Source of the DNA: Patescibacteria group bacterium
GTDB lineage: Bacteria > Patescibacteriota > Patescibacteriia > UBA1558 > GWA2-36-10
Assembly: GCA_041665505.1 (NCBI GenBank)
Contig: JBAYIR010000002.1
Coordinates: forward strand, 11,602 to 75,601
DNA length: 64,000 nt
Direction: 5' to 3'
Positions 40,001 to 46,860 of the stretch are shown here, one piece after another. Each line of letters begins with the position of its first letter. Position 1 is the stretch's first letter. Position numbers and translations under genes: made by a program. The notes under the pieces are model-generated. The model saw only the letters and a program-made list of their open reading frames with translations, was not told the origin of the DNA and did not search any database.

Positions 40001-43000
40001 GTCACTGACACAGTATAAGAATTTCTAGTGGTGTTGGCAGATAATGGTACGCTATGTCCTGTACGTGTTTGATATTTATAAGCATCACGCGGTGTAAAAC
40101 TAGTCCAACCAGCCCCATTATAAAACTCCCAAGTGAATAGTGCTGAGGAGTTCATCAGCGTACCCAGATTTGCTTCCAAAGAATACATCATGTTGGTACC
40201 TTGATCACCAAAATATATAGCATCGTTTAACTCAGTATTAGCTCCATCACCAAATAAAGTCCAAGTAGTAGAACTAGCATAATTTGCCGAATACAATGGT
40301 GAACCACCATTGTAATCAGCATTATAAACATTAGTGACTGGTATAGTGCCAATTTCTGCTGTCTCAGTATTTGGTGTTGGCAAAGCATTACGACCCAAGC
40401 CGGCCAGGCCAGTCCAAACTGGGAATTGATTAATATCATCAGTGCCACCCATTCTGACAGAAGACAAATTATTATCTACTACTTGATTGGTAGCACCAGC
40501 TACTGTGATATTATCTAGTGGCTGCCAATTACCCACTACATTGTCTTTGACATCCACCCAAGTAGCTCCAGCATCAGTGGAATTATTACCCAAATAGCCA
40601 GTATCAATATTACCGTCAATATCAACAGCCAAGTCACTTTTCATAGTGCGAAAATCATCACTACCTTGACCATACAGATTGACCCTACCAGTTCTATTGT
40701 TATCTTGCGTGCCGGCATTAGTACCAGTTAGTCCTGTCATAGTATATACTCCTGCTCGCCTATCTGTACCAGTTGGTAATTCTGTCTGTGGACCCTTGGC
40801 AGCATAGGCACCTTGAGCCACTGTATAGCCAGTCACCAAAGCAGCTGTCAAAGTAATAACCGTAGAACTCTCCACTGCTGCTACAATCCTAGTAGTAGCC
40901 ACTGAGTCATTATCATCAATTATGATTGTGTCTCCTGGAGCAAAATTACTAGTGGAAGCTACAGTCAGAGTGACAGTAGCTGGCGAGTCAATAGTTAAAA
41001 GTGAAGAAGCAGCTGGTGAAACATTATCAAAATAAATATCCGCATGTGTAGAAGCTGGTAGTGGATCAGTACTATCACCAAAAGCCAAAGTAGCATCAGA
41101 ATCCAAAACAATTTTACCAGGAATAGTGATACGATAATGTTGATTAGCTGTGTCAGCAATAGTCAATTTTGAACCCGGTGTCACAAGAGCTGATACCCAA
41201 CCACCATTATAAGAATAAGCAGCAAAATTACCTCTAGTTCCAGCACCATCGCCAATAGCTGCACCATAATTACCAGTATAAGCTAGAGCCGCATCCCAAG
41301 AGCGATCAATACTGACTACATGTTGGGCTTTGTTGAGCCAGACATAATCATTGGTCAAATTTGTCGAATCAGCTGTATCAGAATTATTAGCCCCATTACC
41401 AACTATCACAATATCACCATCAGCTGGAGCATCAGTATTGGCATCACCATAAGCTACAAAGAAAATATGTCTATTAGATAAAAAAGGATAATTAGTTAGT
41501 GAGGTTGCTACAGCTTGACTCTTGGCATAAGCCAAAACCACTGAGGTAGTACGAGCTAATTGCGAATTTAAGCCAATTGGATTTTGGGTAAAATTATAAG
41601 AAGTAAAACGCAAAACATCACCATCGCTTGGTGTTCCAACATTAGATAGGTTAGCTGAAATCTCAGCTATTCTAGCCCCCTCAGCCACAGTAAAAGCAGT
41701 AGTTAAATTGGCTGCTAAAATAATAGATGGACCACTGGAAGGACAAGCTCCATCAGAAGCGTTGGTGCTGGCAATACGATGTGTCACAATTGGTGCTGTA
41801 TTATTGTCCCAAATCTGGACACTAGCTGCTGTACCAACTGCTGCTGAAAAACCGTCAATACTAGCTACACAAACACGAGTAGAGACAGCTGAATCAGCAG
41901 TCAAAGTAGTAATAGCACCTTGGACTATTCTATTTTTCCAGATAGCCTGAGCAACTGTGGCATTTTTGCTAGTAGTAAAACCAGTTGTAGTCGCGGCCGT
42001 TGTGACAATAGCTGGACCATTGCTGCAACTAGCATGAGAGTTGGTCACTGAAGCTACGGTCAAAGCCACTGTAGCTGTATCAGCATCCCATAAATTAATA
42101 GTTTGATTAATAGAAAAACCACTAGTTGAAGCTACACATAAAACAGTGCTAGCAGTAGAATCAAGAGTCAGAGTAGTCAAAGGTACACCATCATTAACCC
42201 AAGCAGCGCCCGTGCCACCAGTGGTGGGTGTAGTTAATTTATTTGTTTGCGTACCAGAGACAGTACCGGCTAAAGTCCAATTAGAATTACTAGAAGAATA
42301 AGTAGCTGTCCAATGCTCATTTTGTGTCCTTCTAACCGTTGGTAAACCCACACCAGCAGCTGAATTGGCAGCGACCATAGCAGCCGCTGTCAAGCCATTA
42401 TGTGCAGCTAAAACTTTTGGCATAGTAATAGTTGGTGCATTGACCAAGTCTATATCATTAGCACCAATAGTTCTTATTGTACCATTTACTGTCGGAAAAT
42501 CTCCATAAGGTGCATTAGCTGCCCAAGTACCAAATACTGGTGTACCAGCACCCATATTAATTATTCTAATACCATAATGGGCACCAGAGGTGACTGCTAA
42601 CTCTGGATCAAAACGAAAATCAAAAGTACCACGACCATATTGACCAGGCGCTAGATTTTCACCAGACAAACCCTTATTAAACTGTATAGCTGCTCTTCTC
42701 AAAACAACAGTATCACTCGGATAGGTATAAGCACCTTGGGTGCCAGAGACATAGTTAGAACAAGAAGTAGTACAAGTTGCTGTTGGAAAGCTCAAAAGCT
42801 CGGCTACAATATCCACATTGGATAAAGAAGTGATAGTTAAATTTTCTAAAATCAACTGTACACCACGTAAATTACCACTAGCGCTAGGCTTAAAACCAAT
42901 AAATTGAGCGGCCGCATAAGTAGCGGTTGCACCAACTGCCACATGACCCAAAGCCAAAGCTCCAGCCGCACCATCAGTCACCGATGGTCCGGGATGAATA

Positions 43001-43926
43001 GGATTAAAAGTACCGGCCTCGGCATCACCATTTACACCATCACCAGAATAAGCCATAGCTGTATACCAAGAGCCGTTAGTGGATAGAGTAGTAGTACCAG
43101 CTGATACCTTGACCGCTCCTGTAAAAGTAGCGGCATAAGCTGGTGTATCATTTTTAAATAACCAATTAAATAAAGGTGTAAAAGAAGTAATACCTAAGGT
43201 ACTAACAATTATAGAAAAAACCAGCCAAGAGGCCATAGTCCGACGTAAAAGTATTTGTCTTGGCTCTCTTAATAGCTGTTTAAAGTCCGCCAAATTGAGC
43301 ACTGGTTGCATAGCCAATCTAGCTTGTCTATTTTTTGGTATTATTTTTTTCTCATAATAATCTGGCACAAAACGAACTAAAGGTTTTACTATCCATAATA
43401 AAAATAATTTGAATTCGCCTAGTCTGATTTTAAAATTATTTTTAAACTCTGCCCGATGGTCTAAAAGATAGCTGGCTCTTGGTCCAAAAAATCCCAAAAA
43501 TTTAACAAAAAATAAACTTATCCCGTACCAAGTAATTTTTAATAACAAAAATAAAAATAAATAAAGCCCTTTAAATATAGAAAAAACTCCTAGGGCAATA
43601 TTTTTTACTAAAAAACGTAATGATATTTCTACAATTGGCAATTTAGTTTTAACCAAACGGCTAAAATCATTAACTCTTGGCCAAAAATCACGCTTCAGAA
43701 AAGATGAAACTCTAGGTAAAAGCCACTTAAAGAATAAAAATAAATTTTTACCAATAAAAACAAGGCTAATAAATAATATATAGCCTATAAGTACTAAAGC
43801 TGAGGTGATTATTTTGGCCAACCAGACTAAAAAATAAACAAATAACTCTAATAATATCAGCGCCTTTTTAGTAGTTTGTTTACCATGACGCCTAAATTGC
43901 CAAACCGGCCAAGAATGTTTTTTCAT
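31075..43926 (-). CDS. Giant (4283 aa) repetitive cell-surface protein with LamG/lectin-like, beta-helix, fibre-like repeat, coiled-coil, TM and SH3b domains
   Basis: Uninterrupted ORF, rich in T/S/G/A/N. LamG pattern (GTIDLWFK...WHHLRVAW...FDGAIDEFNIFD), two C-terminal TMs and SH3b (WLNLRENPS...WYKV...GWIYGQYI). Confidence 0.85.
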   Translation of the reverse strand: MKKHSWPVWQFRRHGKQTTKKALILLELFVYFLVWLAKIITSALVLIGYILFISLVFIGKNLFLFFKWLLPRVSSFLKRDFWPRVNDFSRLVKTKLPIVEISLRFLVKNIALGVFSIFKGLYLFLFLLLKITWYGISLFFVKFLGFFGPRASYLLDHRAEFKNNFKIRLGEFKLFLLWIVKPLVRFVPDYYEKKIIPKNRQARLAMQPVLNLADFKQLLREPRQILLRRTMASWLVFSIIVSTLGITSFTPLFNWLFKNDTPAYAATFTGAVKVSAGTTTLSTNGSWYTAMAYSGDGVNGDAEAGTFNPIHPGPSVTDGAAGALALGHVAVGATATYAAAQFIGFKPSASGNLRGVQLILENLTITSLSNVDIVAELLSFPTATCTTSCSNYVSGTQGAYTYPSDTVVLRRAAIQFNKGLSGENLAPGQYGRGTFDFRFDPELAVTSGAHYGIRIINMGAGTPVFGTWAANAPYGDFPTVNGTIRTIGANDIDLVNAPTITMPKVLAAHNGLTAAAMVAANSAAGVGLPTVRRTQNEHWTATYSSSNSNWTLAGTVSGTQTNKLTTPTTGGTGAAWVNDGVPLTTLTLDSTASTVLCVASTSGFSINQTINLWDADTATVALTVASVTNSHASCSNGPAIVTTAATTTGFTTSKNATVAQAIWKNRIVQGAITTLTADSAVSTRVCVASIDGFSAAVGTAASVQIWDNNTAPIVTHRIASTNASDGACPSSGPSIILAANLTTAFTVAEGARIAEISANLSNVGTPSDGDVLRFTSYNFTQNPIGLNSQLARTTSVVLAYAKSQAVATSLTNYPFLSNRHIFFVAYGDANTDAPADGDIVIVGNGANNSDTADSTNLTNDYVWLNKAQHVVSIDRSWDAALAYTGNYGAAIGDGAGTRGNFAAYSYNGGWVSALVTPGSKLTIADTANQHYRITIPGKIVLDSDATLAFGDSTDPLPASTHADIYFDNVSPAASSLLTIDSPATVTLTVASTSNFAPGDTIIIDDNDSVATTRIVAAVESSTVITLTAALVTGYTVAQGAYAAKGPQTELPTGTDRRAGVYTMTGLTGTNAGTQDNNRTGRVNLYGQGSDDFRTMKSDLAVDIDGNIDTGYLGNNSTDAGATWVDVKDNVVGNWQPLDNITVAGATNQVVDNNLSSVRMGGTDDINQFPVWTGLAGLGRNALPTPNTETAEIGTIPVTNVYNADYNGGSPLYSANYASSTTWTLFGDGANTELNDAIYFGDQGTNMMYSLEANLGTLMNSSALFTWEFYNGAGWTSFTPRDAYKYQTRTGHSVPLSANTTRNSYTVSVTSGNQANFGVDQVVMIDDNDSSPIYRRISAVAAGVITFTEPVTADYTTAQSATISRLNGGQWKSFNPSNFFTENGNSPRRILSWTPYDLTGTPAKTTINGVNAYWVRVRISGFTSWTTSPVNQNTPIGMSGLERIDSGVLNVSSGSQEAKLGQITTGLSYNPNETFTLEYGNSPGWIETHKYSAAAIVPPSAPYVWHIKDGQMNINETNLTHLNIQNTNVDTTDYTVSGLVYMDMAADATSRRLGFLMRQSIDGNGYAALITKTNAANTVGLYTTLAGVPTVIGTPTTKAFSDSTWYCLKADVTGTALSVKFWATTDCNSGEPGSWDFTTTNATYTTGKTGVYVGSATSGAGTKAIFDSMSASNGWADNFDDADYWRLVGSSAGPIGNAYPSVPFTSSYLNFTIKHKGGWNGTVRPEVGDKIYISSTAIKSYKGLDNSIGITTSDANTKYEVWDFEWNPTNSNYTVTGSTTGAAGTATPGTTYTAPDSKISLRINSGNPTATKFGDRMLLLQNNYLRNNGAWTGVNGMGSAVLMPPTWATTGSPIATRYNIEGQSGTATARQHGTIDLWFKTNYTGSPATSTSPYGQYLLDYANQGDTDRLFVRHNTNGKLEVAIYAGAVQGTVLQQTFSATAGEWHHLRVAWRETATAFKRAWLDGVAFETNQGTTLAARGANAGLIRLGNNWQYNGAFDGAIDEFNIFDYEVDTSDACNFGNFTVPATIWTGGATAGCGSSIGTNIYRASFDSAMNPQEGWVWADYAWGSPNMIFTNGADTGNERIRVITYPERTRVWVDNTGEKYTPSARIKYGSGHEENGTAATLAGWSHNFTYHHKAARDSSSSPTYSPVLNLKRSTHIWSDEDISYTGATLAAANMVNQGIGFGVSAVGLAGLASMNLNHLSMENQYNNFAVTTNPYTSVTPYPTQTISKSVFYNYFDRAYTVIAKTQGSNMVGAYFVTTHVGAANIGAGYNAFTSQNVGIDGSIFMGHRNAYVTAPPAAAGGAATFVSGRLYTVANSEFYNNGVTGAGTSGALNFGVGVAKVTINDNKFSLNTNGIRLHGNAFVNMSDNTFDGHVSDGSVTVGAEYGSGIRSHPSYSSVSVTDNGSIFGRGMWNEADISMPPNTVTFEAESLLQFTGVDTQILSPVFFGTQDYNNMSRLGDTYMASTIPGTDIRMNYSSSTRDIVNQSTFGNMRTTGAGLIDTTVHTPGGYAWRMESQSADVPLEYSAKVIGVANEPLAVTGYIRVNSYYGSSNLPTVTLSGLGMTGANLTWTAADTANEWQQFVVSGTPTESALADLTISAQSSFVVEDEGSSEVIFNPLGNYLPPWVEDVDKSWTPNQWVGYLFKDTYGRIFEVVKNTPTILFLKGIVAPHLKSTTMVNATAGDYQLFRRPFVYLDDVSVLSGTVDTGTLDFFSSGQPVSPWLSTGLTASSIWGAQVGSFADIDGSFGQLLNDRLAVKRGLVSDVAATATTFVTDLTEATSNFYQNQTVVMMSGQNAGISRRISSYNGTTKAITVDAALPFAPAFNDEFVVLSQYSNVSSSGGGASAAEIAQAVWEYVDRKLTSATLSGGGALATSAEIATLQADVTYIKAKVDDIYTDTQYIRTQVDDIVANWGAYSAADIISSLTTVQTRIGEHTDLSSANTLFGRSKFLQEKWGTQTADAIFNKADDAYNKINSVQTELGYNGQSTSAYQDLQSVLAYVDQMEGYVDTLETLVGSPSDLSSADTLFGRIQQNYEAIAALNNLSAQQVWEYGVRTLTGGVSLDDPTQVWDVASALLSQNGSIGKLIADNLDATISSRGISNLTATDVWSAATRTITDIENDGLASLAASVWAYSSRELTAGDVTAQRVWDTLLTSITAVDSIGTLLKTNIDVTISSRASASDLAALQATLDQFIATLIIAEKAVNDVGASNTQFISTLASASDDFYNDGVLVFTSGANAGQVRRITDYVGATKQLTLNPALNSAPANGDTFTILAATANASLDPAAIWSYGSRYLSGATLDTGSLATLSDIESTETTLSAQLDTLINNLIVAQKAVNDAGASDTQFITTLTSTSNDFYNNGVLVFTSGVNAGQARRITDYVGSNKQITVSPALASAPSNADTFTILAQTANSAVDAAAIWSYGSRYLSGATLDTGSLATLSDIQATETVLSNAISANSAKLDKIISALIVAETAVADLSPSTTVFATALTNATNDFYKNNILLFTSGMNVGQVRRITAYNGTTKAITVDPALSLAPTDADTFTILAQTSNAATLDAASVWAYSGRYLSGANLDSGSLATLSNLQSTETTLSSGISTLQNTIDLLSDDLIAIRSTVSTAEIASTLSLLGSNLASTVDDLYTHALLTFTSGQNSGVARRIDDYNGTTKAIILEPDLPFAPNNGDAFTILKQLAVPVTKINTIQSDVAGIKDDVTLIKEDIALIKTQLDNIEASIASLETSINDIEVGSGSSTTNHTNVYNLKPEEMFSAMGTISSSISSINTKLGRLDNDTLDTILSVSRENMDDVKYVRNKIADFKTVANVQRQVVQETASPIVSTWYTSGSVDLNIMISNPALITQKVPFKIYLPKEAKTEHIIDDGGFNIQYDIQLDTLFASGEIELKPGESVKKFIKMRDIWLIAENDLSLAQAQAGDFYKKLQKNQYSSQALLLKNDVDERVEKILRTQKENTASPQDKIMTYRENKESLSAVNKDLEELKALVTQADASQGFLGAFGGMQAVSVWGIIIAFVTGFALLVTILFSMWRHQINIANGQLALQSNMAVIAGEPKPLVASSGAKAKKSTRAKKKVSKLAIEAIEEKINVNFTKFIWQKINRKIVWLVLIIILAVFSAYLLRSQIMILKNKIIATSDNKAIVTNVNDLVTNEAVDDFVISGNIDNELIDLSFSDGGNSSSTATSTGVEEVVVIYLIVKDTPTGWLNLRENPSKSAKILTQVNSGDKFEAVEKQSVADDSYNWYKVIVDDKISGWIYGQYITEIEG
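33572..34044 (-). repeat. 77-bp near-identical direct repeat within the giant gene (33572-33648 and 33968-34044)
   Basis: Two mismatches, spacing 396 bp (132 codons). Encodes AIWSYGSRYLSGATLDTGSLATLSDI. Confidence 0.9.
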
Positions 43927-44085
43927 ATTTATTTTATTGATTTTTTACCGCTATATTATAACATAGTTTTAAGTTTTTTCATAACAATTTATCACAAAAA
44001 AATAAGACCTTCCGCACTCTAAGATCTTTGATATAAATTTATATATAAAATTTTATTTTAGCTCAGCTACGAAATATAAAATAGG

Positions 44086-44691
44086 CTATTTTTTATTCTT
44101 AAACTTTATAAATATGAAAAATAAGGCCGCTAGCAACCAAATAAAAAATAAAACTAAACATAAATAAAAAGTAGTATCTTTTATTTCCCAGAGGGATAAA
44201 GCTCTTTGCCAAATAGCCCCTAAATAACTAAGCTCTCTAACATTAAAATTAATATAGGCAGTAGCCTCGGCATTATCACTAACATCGGATACAACATTTT
44301 TTGATTGCACCAATAATTGTCCTTGATAATCCCCTGCTTTTAAATTAAGGGGTAATTGTAAGTTTAAATTTATCTGCTGAGCTTTGCCTGCTTCTAAAAA
44401 CAACTCCTTTGGCCATAAATGGAATTTTTCATTACTATTATTTTTGTCCAAATAAAAAAACAAATTAGTATCTAAGACTTCATCACCAATATTTATTATG
44501 GTCAATTTATCAATACTAATAATTTCCCCCGGAGAAACTACTGGGCCGACATTATATTCTTTAGCTGAAAAAATAATATTTTTAAAAGCCTTTGAGCCAG
44601 TTGGCCAAATGATTAAAAAAATAAAAACTATTATCTTAGCTAATTTGGACAAATTAAAAAAATATCTGCTTCCAAAATTATTAATCATCAT
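44086..44691 (-). CDS. Secreted or membrane-anchored Ig-like hypothetical protein
   Basis: Signal-like N-terminus, LPLNLKAGDYQGQLLV beta-sandwich pattern and C-terminal TM. The start overlaps the upstream stop. Confidence 0.55.
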   Translation of the reverse strand: MMINNFGSRYFFNLSKLAKIIVFIFLIIWPTGSKAFKNIIFSAKEYNVGPVVSPGEIISIDKLTIINIGDEVLDTNLFFYLDKNNSNEKFHLWPKELFLEAGKAQQINLNLQLPLNLKAGDYQGQLLVQSKNVVSDVSDNAEATAYINFNVRELSYLGAIWQRALSLWEIKDTTFYLCLVLFFIWLLAALFFIFIKFKNKK

Positions 44692-45523
44692 CTTCCTCCT
44701 CATCGTCATCTCCCCTACCAATGTTATTATTAGTAGATGGCGGTGGAGTACTATTTAAAGTATCAGGCGAAACTGTAGATCCTATTGTCCCTATTTTATA
44801 ACTAGCCAAAATATTACTAGCATTAGCTGAGTGCCCCTGAGCTGTAAAAGCTGCCGCTATATCGGCCCCACAATATTTAGTAATATTAGAGCTACCACCG
44901 GGATGAGAGCTTATGTATGAGGTGACATTATAGACATTAGATCCTACAGTTGCCCAGCAATCTGCTGATGAATTATGTTGAGCTACCAAGGCTGTAGTCA
45001 AAGTATAAGTAACTGGAATAGGAGTAGTTGGCTCGGGGCTAGTAGTATTTTGATTATTATTTACAGAATTTTTATTGGAATTTGTAGGATTATTAGAATT
45101 AGTATTAACACTAGCAGAAATACTAGTGGCCTCACCAATATAATATTTTTCTAGCAATGAATAGGCTGTGTTAGAATGATCTTTTGGTCTAGTTTTATCC
45201 ATAGTAGCAAAGGCTCTAGTAGCATCTTGCCCACAATATTTAGTAATTTCATTGGCACCGCCGGGATGAGAATAAATATATTCTGTCACATTATAAATTT
45301 TATTAGAAATCAAAAGCCAACAATCATTTTGATTATTATGATTTGATAATTCAAGAGCCAAAGTACTTTTGGTGATTGTACCACTGTCATTGGTGTTCTC
45401 CAATTGATTTGTATTATTTAAATTTTTAGTAATTGCATCATCATCTTTAAATAAGCTATTAGCATAAAAAAAGCATAAGGCTGTCCAAAAAATAAAAACA
45501 AAAATAATAACAATCTTGTTCAT
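44681..45523 (-). CDS. Membrane-anchored protein with two cytochrome b5-like heme-binding domains
   Basis: (HN..DCW...YNVT.YI.SHPGG...CG.D...AF...HS) twice, an N-terminal TM and N/T/P-rich linkers. Confidence 0.85.
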   Translation of the reverse strand: MNKIVIIFVFIFWTALCFFYANSLFKDDDAITKNLNNTNQLENTNDSGTITKSTLALELSNHNNQNDCWLLISNKIYNVTEYIYSHPGGANEITKYCGQDATRAFATMDKTRPKDHSNTAYSLLEKYYIGEATSISASVNTNSNNPTNSNKNSVNNNQNTTSPEPTTPIPVTYTLTTALVAQHNSSADCWATVGSNVYNVTSYISSHPGGSSNITKYCGADIAAAFTAQGHSANASNILASYKIGTIGSTVSPDTLNSTPPPSTNNNIGRGDDDEEEDDD

Positions 45524-45532
45524 AAATTTATA

Positions 45533-46849
45533 TTATAATAATTTAAAGGCTTCTATATTAATATGATTTTTAGAAATATTTTCTTTCCGCAGAGCTGTGA
45601 CAAAATATTCTACCATCCCCGCTGGCCCACAAATAAAAAAATCACAAGTCCTAAAATCACGAACAAAAGAACTGAGTTTAGCTATATCAAAACGACCTTC
45701 CTGTTTAGAGACATAAGTAGTCAATTTAAAGTTTGGACAACTGGCCTCCATTTTTCTTAGCTCGTCTGCTTCGGCTAAATCATCTTCAGATGATACTACA
45801 TAAAAAATATTTACCTGGCTAGCTTCAGTTGGACAAGAAACATATGATTTGGCCATAGCTATAAAAGGCGTAATACCAATTCCCCCAGCAATCCAAACCT
45901 GATGACTATTTTTATTCGCTCTATCACCAAAATTGCCATAAGGGCCATCTAACTTAGCCAAACTACCAGCTGTAAGGGTAGATAATCTAGCTGTATAATC
46001 ACCCAATATTTTAGCGATTATAGCTAATCGACCATCTGGCAAAATATGAGCCACAGAAAAAGGGTGCTCTTCGCCTTTTTTTATATCTGGAAAAGATACA
46101 AAAACAAATTGACCAGGCTGACAAGCTATTGTTTTTTTAAGTGGCTTTAATATAATCTTAACAGTATTTTTACTAGGGTTGGTGACACTCTCCACCAAAA
46201 AAGATTTAGTCTTGATACCATATTCTATCAAAAATAATCTAGCCAAATAAAGCAACACGCTGGTAGAAATAAGTATCATATAATACCAAGCTAAAGCCTC
46301 CATTCTTTTGATATCACTATCTATCAAAATAGCATGCATGCCCCCCAACATTAAAGGTACAGCCAAGAGACTATGTAATGATTTGAGTCTTTCGTAACGT
46401 AGGCGCCAAAAAAAAGTCATAACAATCAAAAACATGAATATAATAATAGACAGATAGCCAAAAACAAAAGATATTTCCGTCCAATAAAGAAAAATGCTCA
46501 GTGGTGCCTGACTGGAGAGTGGCAAAAGTCTAAAAGCCAAAAATATTGGATGCAAAATTATCAAAGTAAAAGAAATTGTGCCTAAGTAGCGATGAATATT
46601 TAAGACTTTGGGCAGGCCATAAAAAAGCTTGTCCAACCACACAAAACGAGAAGCCAATAATAAAGAAAAGGCAAAAGCTGACAAGCCTATCAAAGCAGTT
46701 AATTTGCCTAAAGTAGTAAATAAAGCTGACCAAGGATAAAAAGCCTGACTAATGGGAATATTGCTATATAAAATAAAAATCGGAACTATTATTAATAGTA
46801 TTACTATTAATAAACTAAAATATGATATAAAACTTTTTTTATTTATCAT
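45533..46849 (-). CDS. Ferric-reductase/NOX-like flavocytochrome (TM heme domain plus FAD and NAD(P)H domains)
   Basis: His pairs IHRYLG..ILHP and LHSLL..MHA, plus PGQF, HPFS, DGPYG, AGGIGITP, CGP and terminal EAF. Confidence 0.85.
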   Translation of the reverse strand: MINKKSFISYFSLLIVILLIIVPIFILYSNIPISQAFYPWSALFTTLGKLTALIGLSAFAFSLLLASRFVWLDKLFYGLPKVLNIHRYLGTISFTLIILHPIFLAFRLLPLSSQAPLSIFLYWTEISFVFGYLSIIIFMFLIVMTFFWRLRYERLKSLHSLLAVPLMLGGMHAILIDSDIKRMEALAWYYMILISTSVLLYLARLFLIEYGIKTKSFLVESVTNPSKNTVKIILKPLKKTIACQPGQFVFVSFPDIKKGEEHPFSVAHILPDGRLAIIAKILGDYTARLSTLTAGSLAKLDGPYGNFGDRANKNSHQVWIAGGIGITPFIAMAKSYVSCPTEASQVNIFYVVSSEDDLAEADELRKMEASCPNFKLTTYVSKQEGRFDIAKLSSFVRDFRTCDFFICGPAGMVEYFVTALRKENISKNHINIEAFKLL

Positions 46850-46860
46850 AAAATAATAAA

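Noticed and set aside
31075-43926. Giant gene as part of a prophage, or as a DGR target
   Set aside because: It has TM anchors and SH3b and sits among cellular genes. There is no reverse transcriptase nearby, and the 77-bp repeat differs at only two synonymous positions.
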